Assembly (NCBI GenBank): GCA_965178125.1
Contig: OZ237745.1
Coordinates: forward strand, 496,001 to 560,000
From: Bilabrum cf. latius
Lineage: Eukaryota
Direction of reading: 5' to 3'
Length of the DNA: 64,000 bases
Made by a program: the position numbers and the translations under genes. How positions within the stretch are numbered: position 1 is the first letter of the stretch; the number at the start of each line of letters is the position of its first letter. The notes beneath the pieces were generated by a model, which saw nothing but the letters and a program-made list of their open reading frames with translations, was not told where the DNA came from and did not search any database. This document shows positions 24,039-35,211 of this stretch, piece by piece.

Positions 24039-25530
24039 TCAGTCGCACGTCTGCCGCACCTCCACCTGCCGCCACGCGACAGGGCCCTGGCTCCCGGGAA
24101 TCTTGCCTTCCACTGTCACCTTGATCGACTGGGCGAACATCGGCCCCGTGCTCAGGAAATGAATGCGCTTGTTGCCCACGGCCTGGCCTGTGCCTGCCTG
24201 CACATATGCCTTGTGCCAGCCGCTGTCCGGGGGCATCACCCACGCGGTGTAGTTCATGACCCGCGCTCCCGACGTCTGGTCCTCCATGAGCACTACTCGA
24301 TCGATCGGCACATTCTGCTATGCCGCGGGGATGTCGATCTCCACGGTGTCGCTGGGCGGTCCGTTCCATGTGACGAGTGCGGTCCCGTTCCCGTAGCACC
24401 GCTTGATCCAGTCCCCGAGAGAGTCCATGAGCGACAGTTGGTCCTTGGGAATCATCCCCGTGTTGTCTGGGATGGCTCCGATCTGGAGGTTGCCGTTGCG
24501 GCCGACTGTGTTGACGTAGCTCATCTGGAGCTGCGCCAAGGGCCTGTACTGCTGGTTGGGCTTCCAGAACCAGCCGTCCTTCGTGGCATATGTGGTGTCT
24601 CCTTCAATCGGGAGGAAATCGGGTCCGTCCGGTGAGCCAGGGACGTTCTCCTGTCCCAGTGTGGCGTAGGACCAGGAGGGGTAGGGGAGGAAGCCGCTCT
24701 CGTACCCCCCTATGCGGATGTTGTTGCCGTTGGGGGAGCGGCCTTGGCTGTACACTGCTTGTGGCTAGTACTTTTGGATGATTGCGTTCACCTCGGGGTC
24801 GTTCTCGCCACCGTCAAACCAGACCTCGGCCAGCTGGCCCCGCACGTACGGCAGGGAGTAGATCTCCTCCAGCACCGAGACTGCGAACTTGTGGTATTCA
24901 TCGTCGGTTACGTTGATCTGACCCTACGATATAAATTGGGAATTATCAATGATGCGTACAGTGGTGTAGATGTACGTTCAATTGGGATTAGCAGCTGCTA
25001 TTGCAGTTCGGCACTCCACTCACTGGTGCCAGGGGTCCAGGCTGAACCTTCCCGCCGGGCATCCCGACATTGTACAAATAGTTGTAGTTGTAGGTAGCAT
25101 AAATGCCTGGAGCCACCCCAAACTTCTTGCATGCCGCCATGAAGTCGTAGAGGGGGTTCGTTCCGGCCGGCAGGTTTGACTGCGCGATACTGTAGTTGTT
25201 CACCTTGCTAGGCCACTGCGAGAAGCCGGAGCAGTGCATAGCGACGTAAGTAGCAAACTTAGTTCCTTGTGCGGCCAACGACTCCACCCACTGAGTGGCG
25301 TTGAGCGATGTCGGGTTGAAAGCCGTGGCCGGCGGCACTGCGAAAGCATGGTCCCCGCCTGCTCCGATGCAGAAGTGCTGTGGATTTGGGACTGAAGTGA
25401 GCTGCGTGATGAGATCGTAGGAAATCTACGCCCCGAGCTCAAACTTTGAGTACTCGAGTTGCGCATCCGTTGGGACTCGACCGCCGAGGACTGATCCAAC
25501 GGCAACTACGGTCAAGATTGGCCCAAGCAT
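24039..25530 (-). CDS. Secreted or lysosomal GH29 alpha-L-fucosidase-like hydrolase; 2 exons; 3 in-frame TAG
   Basis: Signal-like MLGPILTVVAVGSVLG, PTDAQLEY, FNPTSLNATQWV, nucleophile motif EVWFDG, WFW, SYVNTVGRNGNL and a C-terminal beta domain DRVVLMEDQTSGARV. Intron 25023-24924. TAG at 25426, 24765 and 24318. Ends with TGA. Confidence 0.88.
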
Positions 25531-25840
25531 TTTAAGCGTGGGGCTCCACCGCGATACAAGCTGTTATGTACTGCTGTAAAATCGATCGCTAACGCGCTTG
25601 CGGTGCAAACTGTTAGTGAAAAGTGATCGGTGTCGCCATATCAGTGACGGAAAGTTCAGAATTGAGCACCCTGCAGCTGCAGTGCAGCATCGATGGCCAT
25701 GCAAACGTTGCACGAATGTCGCTCCTCACGAAATATGATACATATGGACGAGGAAGCGTGCTCTGGATACAACACAATGTTGGGTTGATGCCAGGCAGCC
25801 CCACAAAATAAGCAAAGCCCATCCCTAGGCTGGAAGCACA

Positions 25841-28800
25841 TCAGTAGCCAGGCCTTGGAGGCGGCTGCAGCGAGTGCGTGGAGTAGCCCCCCGAACCGCC
25901 ACGAAGGGATTCCTACCCGCCAGCTCCACCAGGTGGCATACCCCCCGTGCCCGCCATGCCATACCCGCCACTGGAGGCCGCCCCACCCCACGGATCTGGG
26001 GACGCATATGAACCGTCTGCCTAGACGTCTGCGCGCCCCTGCGGCAATGGAGATGACATCATGGGAACCTGGCCGTGCCCGTGCACCTGCCCATAGGCCT
26101 GCACCTACCCCTGCGCCTGGCCTTGCCCGTACGGCGGAGAGCCCATAGCTCCCTGGCTCTGAGCAGCCCCCATGCTTGCACCTCCGTACGGCGCCGGCAT
26201 GGCAGTGGGCGGTGCCGGCGTGCCAGCCACCAGGCAAGACGCCTCCTGCAGCGCCTGCGCCCCAACCGAAAGCGCACCTGAATGCAATGCACCCTAGTGG
26301 GGCGCAACGCCCGAAGCGGCGTACCCCCAAGTGGACGATACTCCCCCCCCTCCAGGCGCAGGCACAACGGGGGGTCCTACCTGACGCACCGCGCCAAACT
26401 GCTGCGCCTGCGCCAGTGCCTGTGCCTATTGCACAAGCCCCGTCTGCTGCTATTGCTGCTGCGTGTGACCACTGGTCACGAGAGTGGGTACTACCTGCAT
26501 GGCTGGCATGCGCATGGCAGGGGGTGGCATGCCCCCACCTGCACCCACGGCGTGCACGGTACCGACGAGTGGCACGGACGCAGCGTGAACTGCGCCCATG
26601 ACGAGACCTGGCACGTGAGAAGCGGTGCCTGGGTTGGGCGGGGACAGCGCGTGCTAGGAGTGTTTTGGAGCACCAGCACCAGGCAGCATGCCCAGAGCAG
26701 CAGCTGTGCCAGCGGGCAGAACAAGACCCGCAGACCTGTCTCCTGATGCCACTGTTCCACGGAGTGCAGCACGGGAGGCACCCTCCTCGGTGTCAGCTGG
26801 CGACTCGAAGAGCTCGGTGGGAAGAGAAGGCCCCATCAAAGCTGCCGGCATGGGAGGGTGGTCCTGAGAACGGCTGTCGCCCACGCTGCTCGTACCCCCG
26901 CCTCCAAGCTGCTATGAGACCGACTGTGTCGATGGTTCGCGGCTTTCGCCCTCTCCCTCTCCCTCTCCCTCTCCCTCGCTGTCGTCCTCATCGTCGTCAT
27001 CCGACCCCGACTAGCAGTCATCACCATCGCTCATCTTGTGCCCCGCATTCGTACCCGCACCAGCCGGTCCTACCGAAGAGGAAGCCGTGTTTCCCTGCTG
27101 CTGCCTGAGCCTTGCCTTGGCCTATTCGAGGATCCCGCGCAGCGAGGGGTCCATCCCATCCTTGCCAGCAGCACGGCTTGCGATGCCCTCGGGACCGACC
27201 TTGATACCAAAGCCACCGCTTGAGCTTGAACTGGACATGGCCGGCTGCTAAGGCACGGCATGAAACACATAAGACTGCTAATGCTGCTGGTGCTGCTTTG
27301 CGCCGTACGGCGCGCTACCATGGTGGTTGCTGACTGTGGCGGAGTGCGCCGTTGGTGGTATTCCCACCGGTGCCATGCTCAGGCTCTGGATCCCAGCCCT
27401 GCTTGCACCGCCCATCGCGGCTCCCGACACGCTGTGCAGCATCCAAGCGGTGCCTGGCACCTGAGGCCCAACGAATGACAACGATGCACCTGAATGCTGG
27501 TGCTGAACGAAGCCATACTAAGGCTAGAGAACGAGGCCGCCGGCCCCGACCGAGTGGACCAGCTGCTGCTGCCCGACCTGAGGAACTACGTATCCTGCCG
27601 CCGCAGCTGCCTCGGCTGCTCCGGCGGCTCCAACGTACCTTGCTACCTGCATGTGACCCAGCTACACGGCCTGATGACCGGCCAGCACTGTGCTTGGGGC
27701 TGCTGCGCCCGTCATGTGTGTGGGCAGCGGCTGCACCTGGGCGGCGCTGCGGATGTGCCTAAATGCCTCGTGGGTCTCCTGCACCGCCCGGGTGGTGACT
27801 AGCTGCCTCAAGATGTGGCCCTGTGGATGAGCCATCCTTACGTTGGAAGGCCAATGAGAGTCGTACGCCTGCCGCCGCTGCTGCTGCTGAAACTGCTAAA
27901 GCTGCTGCTACTGCTGCAATTGAAGCTGCTGCTGATAGGCTGCCTGCTGCTGCTACTACTGCTGCACATAGTGCGCCTGGCCTGACTGTGGCACCGCAGG
28001 CGGTGGCATAGCCACCGATGCTCGGCCGAGGGGTTGCAACCCACCGCCGCTCATGGCGTGCTGGTGCATTGCCGTGCCACCTGCAGTACGGCCGGAGATA
28101 CTGCCCGCCGAGATCGAGCTGGACTGGCGGCTGTGCTCCGCTGCTCCAATCTCCGCGCTGTGCGCCCAGGAGGCGCCATCGGCTGTGGCTGGTGCCACGG
28201 CTCCAAGCTGCTCAGGGCCAGCGCCGTTCATCGCACTCTTGAGGTCAAGGGGCGGGATGCCGGCCTCTGCCCCGTCGGCATTGGCCTGCAACACCGGTGA
28301 ATCTCCAGACAAGGAAGGCGCAGTCACCTGCCTGGCCCGTCCGCTCTCCGGTGTCTGGGCCACGCCGTCGATCACCCGGCTGGGTTCTTGCGCGGCCCAG
28401 GGATCGTCGCCAGCGCCACTGGCTCCCGCCGCGGATTCTGTGTCCGTGGAGACCGTCGCATCGAGCATATCTGATGACGAGTGACCAGAGCCAGAGGAGC
28501 GCTGGCGGGGCGGGCCGGCGCCTGGCCTCGATCTGGAAGGCGTGTCGGACAAGCCCGCATCGGCTGGTGCCGAAGATGTGCGCTTGAGCACGTGGGTGGC
28601 GGCGCGCGCCATGACCTTGGCAACCGCAGGAGCCACCGCACTCACCGCAGCGGCCAGTGTCTCCGCGGAAGAATACGCTGCTGAGCCAGGCAGTGCCTCG
28701 GCCGGAAAGGAGCCTAGCCCATGCCCTGTGGAGACGCCCGGCAGCAAGGCTTGCGACTCGGCACCCGAGGCCGCTCGGACGCTCCTGCCGCCCATCGGAA

Positions 28801-31474
28801 TGGCACCCCCTGCCGTGCCTGGCATGCCCGCTAGCCTCGCCCGCATGCCCAAGTGTCTCGGGGCTTGGTGGCCGTCGGCCTTCAGCCCAAAGTCTGTCTC
28901 GCCGGGCCTGGCGCCACCTGCAGTCAGCGTCCCAGTTGGCACGTTTGTGAGGCACGGCACGGTGATGACAGGCTGGTGCATGCCGCCGCTCAGCACCCCC
29001 GCCGCAGCGACCGCCGCGGCAGACGCAGCGTCCCTTGTATGCCCCGCGGCGAACCTCTTGAGTTCCCTCAGGTCGTCGGCATGAATGCCGGCTCTGCCGT
29101 TGCGGCTGCCCCGCTGTGGCGAGGTTGCGGACGCCGATCTGCCAGGCTGCTGCGAGGCCGATAGATCTGCTTTATCCACTGACTCTTCGGCAGATCGCTT
29201 GCCTAGAAGCATGTCCGAACTTGCAGCACTTGGGCGGGCAGGAGCATCGCGACGGCTGTCTCCGTGCTATGAGGATGACGACGCTGAAGACGGAGACAGC
29301 GAGGACTGGGCAGAGGTAGCATGCTACCGCGGGCTGGACTGCCCCCCCGATGACAGACCGGGGCGGACAGCCGCTGCAGCCTGCTTTCCAGACTAGACGA
29401 ACCGGCCTGCGGGCATACCTGCATCCCGAGCCAGAGGCGAATCGCCTGCATACTTGGCAGACGCCAGCGCGCGGCTGCCTGCAGGCATCTCCAGTCGATG
29501 ATGGGGCGCCCCATAGTGCCCGGGACCAGAGGCGTTATCACCGTTGCTGTCCTCCTCGTCATGCATTGCCTCTGCCCCGCTCCCGTTCTCGTGCGCCCCT
29601 TGACCGCGCCGTTCATCCCAACTGCCGCCAGCCACGATGATTGGTCCAGTCAGCCCGCCGGCTGCCATTGCCGCGCTTATGGCGTTGGCAGCCGTCGACG
29701 CAGCCACCCGCGGGAGCGCTTGCTGAAGGCTCAGCGAGGCCGCTGGAATAACGCTAGAAGCAGAGCTGCTGCTCGCTCTACCGGAAGATGACTATGCAGC
29801 AGGTGCCGGCTAGTCCCACCCGCTCCTGTTCCTTCGACCAGTTCTACCGCTAGAGGACCTCGTCAAGGGGCCGCTGGACGGGGACGTGTGCGCCGAGTGC
29901 AAGCTGCTACCGGCCTAGTTTTCGTCCTCATCCTCGTCGCCATCGTCGTCCACGACAAGGCTGCCGGGCGCCCAAGCCGGTACCTCTGCCGTTTCGGTGG
30001 ATCCACTAGCATCGACACCCTCAGCTTGATCGATCGAGCCTGCCGCATCTCGGCGCAGCGCCCTGCTGGCAGCCTCTTTGATGCCCTGCACGGTGGTGGC
30101 AGGCAGCAGGTGCTCTGGCGGCTCCCTGTCCAGACTGGAGGACAGTTTGCTGGGCTTGGACTTGTCGCCGAGGTAGTGCTAAACCTGGTACAAGGCGGAC
30201 TCTAGGGCTGTCATGGCCGAGTCCCAGGTGAGGCGAGCGGCCACGCGGCGGCCCCTTCGGGCCAGCTGGTCCGCCTTGGAAGGGTCCGTGACGAGTGCCT
30301 GCACGCAGCGCGCGAGTGCCTCGTGGTCGAAGGGGTCTGCCATGAGGCAGTTCTTCTCGTGCTGGCAGAACATGTTCACGCCGTGGCACCGCGAAGTCAC
30401 CACGGGGATGTGGCTGGCCATCGCCTCGAGCACGGGCATGCCCCACGCCTCGTACACGGACGTAAACAAGAAGGCGTCATAGCCCCTCCTGTAGATCTCA
30501 GGGAGCACCTCTTGGGAGGGGTTCACCTCGAACTGCACCGGGAACGTGACTCCCTGCAGCTGCGGCTGCACCTGGCAGATCCAAGTCACGTGGATTCCGG
30601 CCGGATGCACCGCCGCTGCCCCGCGCCCTGGTGGCATCATCATCCTGCTGTGCACCAGCTCCAGCGCCTTGAGAGCCGTGTCGAAGTTCTTGAGCTTGAG
30701 GGCTGGATTGCCCACGAGAAGCACGCGCTTGGCCTGGCCAGGGTAGCGAGCCCCAGGGAACCTTCGCTCCCGCGGGGTGGGAAGGAACCTTCGGCAGTCG
30801 ATCGCGTTCGGCACCACTGGCGCGACCCTGGCAAAGTGCACCGCGAGGATGTCACGCACCACGTTGGAGACGCTGACGAGTGGCACTGGGAGGTGCATCG
30901 CCAGGTGGAAGACCCTGTCCCAGGCCTTGGAGGCCGTTGGGTCTCCAAACACGTGCTCGTGCCCCTGATCCCAGTACACGACAGAGCCGAGCTTGCGCCC
31001 GAATCGCTTCTGTTCGGCTGCCTGGACTGCGGGGTCGCCCCCAGCGTGCAGCTGCTTCATCTGCCGCTGCTGCCTCTGGTGGTCTTCCAGAAACTCGACT
31101 AGCTGCGTAAAGTAACCCACCATGACGACGTCAGAATTCTGCAAGCAGTCAAGCAAGCTCTATTGCGGCCCCAGGAGCACCTCTGAGTCGATCTTGACGA
31201 AGCCGCGCGCCCACGGTGGTAGCGCTGATGTCGGTGGCGGCAGCCCGGCCTCGGGTGGCGGTGCGCGAAACACCGCCTGTACCCAATGACCTCTTTGTTT
31301 GAGTCTCATTAAGTGAAACATAAGCATTTTGTTGCCGCCCGTTACGTTCCAATGCGGGACGAGGTAAGATATGCGGAGGGGCTTCGTGTCTGGGAAGCGC
31401 AGCCCAAGCCCAGGGCAAGCCCAGATCCAGTCTACCTGCGATGCCAACTCCAAACGGTGGGACAATAAACTCTG
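25841..31474 (-). CDS. GT4 (glycosyltransferase group 1) domain fused to a ~1450-aa low-complexity Gln/Gly/Ala/Ser-rich tail; 27 in-frame TAG; 5' exons unresolved (may extend to ~31900)
   Basis: LRISYLVPHWNVTGGNKML, VVPNAID, FTSVYEAWGMPVLEAMAS, RLTWD. I traced one frame from 31474 to TGA at 25841 interrupted only by TAG. Confidence 0.82.
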
Positions 31475-32133
31475 AGGTCCACATCATATGACGCATGGCT
31501 TCATGCGACTGCTGCCGATCAGTGAGAATTCGGATCAGTCGGAACACATGGTATGGGGCACTTAGGAACAGATGCGAGCCAAGTTACATAGTCCTGGTTC
31601 CCAAAACCCAATTCAAAAGAGATTCTGGCACATCGCAGCCAGCCGAGGCCTTCATAGTTCCAGCCAGGGCGAGTCTGCTTGGGGCATTACGCTCGGTCAC
31701 TCACCTCATCCCCTTCATACAATCGTTCACCACATCCACACCCTTCATAGTGAAACCCAGGGCGTTTGCCCCTGGAATCAGTTGCCGTCTCCATGCCAAA
31801 CACGCGTAACAGCCGTCCAGCCTGTCTTGACTGAGGGAGTGAGACCCGTCAGACAGACTGCCGGCAAGGCTGGGGCTGAAACGCGGCACACGGCCTCGAA
31901 CTTGTATTGATTTGACGTAATAATAAGACTTCAATACAATTGGCTGGAAATATGATACAAAGAGTTGTGCTGGTAGCGCAGGATCGTGATCGAATCATAG
32001 TCAAGTCGTCGACGCCACGCGGAGGTTCCGCTGAGCACTTGCGCGGCGCCGACCTCCGACCTCGGGTCTCCAAAACCCAATCTCTGCCACTGTCAAAAAC
32101 AAAGCATCTAAAGAATTTAAGTGCGTATTCTTA

Positions 32134-35041
32134 TTACCGCCCCAGCCCTTTCTCTACTAAGTCCATTCCGAACGGGTCTTGCAGACCGCGCCCCTGTGGC
32201 CCGTAAACTGCAACCGCTGCGTCGGCCTCGCTGGCGGCACCCACCGAGGCCATGATGGCCTGCCGCCCGTCTGAACTCGTCTGCCGTGCAGCACTTGAAG
32301 GTGGCTCCTTCGGAACGAGACCCACGACTCGCAGGCACCTCATGCTGCTGTCACTGAGCACCATCATCTCATCCTGCACCTGGCCAGCGTTTGGCTCTGT
32401 CAGCATGGACGGGGTTGCCACGTCCCCAACGCGCTGGAAATCCCCCATTGCGAATTCAGGAGTCTGGTTGGATGCCCTCTACTGCCAAGTATCTCTCGTC
32501 ACGGCGATGGCAGCCATTTCCGGCGTGGGAGCAAGTGCGTGGCTGAGCGCCTGCAGGGCCTTTGCGCGCACCGGCATGCGCATCGAGTAAAATCCTCGCC
32601 ACTTGCTGTGGGTGCTATTGGTTTCTCGCATCAGAAGGGGCAGCGAGGCAATGCATGCTATGGGGATCGCGACCATAACCACACCGACCGAGACCGGTGC
32701 GACCGCAACAACCCACGGCAGTGAAAACCGCCCGCTCGCCTTCAGAGAGATGAGTATCAGAGTTGTCATCCCCGCGAAGATGGCCAGCACAAAGTCAAAA
32801 GCAGCGAGACCAAGCCACCTCGCTTCTTGCTGGTCCATGTTGAGGCAGGAGGTCACGATCGCTACGAGCGCGACGAGGAGCAGCAGTGCCTGAAACACGT
32901 AGACAGGGACAAAGCAAGGGGCCAGTGGGAAAGGAGGATCCTCGTAGTCCGCCCAAGCCGCTACCGATGCCACTGTAGAGACCGCCAGCACCGCAAGCTG
33001 CGAGAAATAGAGGGGTGGTCAGGAGAGCACGGTACGACGGTCATGCCAATGGGACACGAAAGCAACAGGCACTCAACGGGGCACAAACACGCTACACCGC
33101 GCACACCAGGGCAGGTAATCAAGGTGCAAATGCACGGCAACGCCTCACGCAGTTCATCATCAGGGTCATGGGGACGGCCTCGTCCGGTTCTGCCACGGTG
33201 AAGAGCACGCACGGCACCATGCAAAGCTGCACGAAGGTCCAGATCCAGAAGGGAACCAAGGCGATTGTCCACGAGACATACTCTCCGAAATCCATTGCGA
33301 CGCCAACGAGGATGATCTGTACAAGCGCGAACACGAATGGAGCGATCACCATGCACCGCACCGCTGGCCGTCCAGCCGTGCCGTCCTCATGGTCGCACGT
33401 CATTTTACTGCAGCACATTTTCGTTGCCGTCTTCTCGGGCAAGCAGCAGCACCACGTTCTTCCGCAGCAGTCCATCGCGTGCCACCATCCGTCGTCGTGT
33501 TGCGGGAAGCAGGCGCAGCAACAGCAGCAGCAGCACAGGTAGCCAGTACAGGCAAGGGGGCGGCAGCACGCCGCGTAGCACAGGTCCATGCAGCACCATC
33601 GCACTCGCTGGGTAGAAGAGCCTGTACTGACATCATCGTTAGCGTTGCTGGCCGCCGCAGCACCAATCGCCCCGCAGAAAGACGTGGACATCTCTGCCTC
33701 TCGCTGTGCCTGCCACATGCTGTCGACCGAGCCAAGGCAGCGCGCCAAGTAACCAACCAAAAACCCCGCGGCGGATAGACCCCAGAGCACATAGGCAGGC
33801 AATAACACGGCATGGGCCGTGTATTCACCTAGATAGCCGTCCGCAAAAGCAGCAAGTAGCATGAATTGCAGGGCCACGACGAATGGGATCGATCTCATGA
33901 TCAGGCACACCTGCAGGCAGTCTAGGCAGAACCGGACCCTGGCCTGCGACAGGATCTGTTTCCTGGCCTTTGCCCGCGTCATGGCCCGCGCGCCCATCTG
34001 ACTGAATATACGTTTCGCGCCAACTAGCCTCGACCTGTAGACCATGTAGAATTCCCCAGCCGCAGCCATGTCCCTGTAATGCGCGCTCTCGTTGCCTCTC
34101 AGGCAGTTCGCTTGCAGGGGGTCTGCGATGATGTGATCTGCCCCGTCAATTCTGCCTTGACTTGCACCTGCACCTGCACTGGCACTCGCACCGACATATG
34201 CACTTGTGCCATGGCTGCCTGTCGGTGATGCGGGGCTGCTGGCTCTTGGGGGTTCAGGGGCGGGAAGGCCACCCTCCAGTAGTGACCATGGCGGCCTGGC
34301 CCCCCGGTGAATGGCTGGAACGGGATCCGGCAAGTCCGGAGGTACAACGTCCTCAATACTGTTGCTACGAAAGGTCTGAATCATTCCGTCAAATCGATCG
34401 TCGACGTCTGACTCGGCAGAGTCTGTGTCTGACCGAATGAATTCCTTCAGGGTGACGCCTGCAGCCGACCCCACCGGGGCAGTTGCACGGACACCACCCG
34501 AGACGCTCTTGCTTGCACCGGCCATAGATTGAACTGCCGTCTGATAACTAACGGATGCAGCTGTCTGGGCTTGCGCTCCCTTGTAGGCGCCAGTGTGCAG
34601 TGATACTGACGGACCGGACAAATTGGTCGGTGCGACATCCAGCCCAGTTGCGTGGCCAAGAAGCAGAGGGCGCTGACCAGCAACTGTACACGTCTATACC
34701 ATCGAAATTCCCGAGCCAGACATTTCGTCGCCAGCTCCTGCGCCTGATGCTGCTGGAACAGGTCTGGATGCCCTTGCGCTCTAATGTTCAGGATATGGCA
34801 TCTGCGAGTGCTTTGTGGCCAAGATGTCGTGCTCCCGGCGCAGTGTGTCTTTACCCATAAAATCGCGCAGCCAAAGGGATTTCCAGACGGCATTGTTTGC
34901 GAAAGTGGCTAATCCACGACGAGACGTAACCATCATAGAACAGACGTCTACAGCTTCCAAGAATGGAGCGAGATGCCCTGGTACCACACCAGGGGGCATA
35001 TAATTTATATTGTAATTTAATTCTCGAGCTGCGCTCGCCAT
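32134..35041 (-). CDS. F-box-like N-terminus + multi-pass membrane domain (TMEM185-like) with a Cys-rich loop; 2 exons; 3 in-frame TAG
   Basis: INYMPPGVVPGHLAPFL...NNAVWKSLWLRDF, TM segments with SWTIALVPFW and PWVVAVAP, and a CCCCCC run. Intron 33148-32998. TAG at 34781, 34694 and 32479. Ends TAA TAA. Confidence 0.7.
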
Positions 35042-35211
35042 GACTCCGTGAAATATGCGAGACGCGCCCGCGAGGTGCGCGTACGTCCATTCTGCGAGAA
35101 TGCAGAGTTTGCATGGAGGTTCGCAGCGAAGGTTCGCACTGGCCGGCCTTGGGCCGCAAGTTGGGCGGCCACACGGGGCGAAAATTCAAGCATTGTGCCG
35201 GCAACGCCGAA

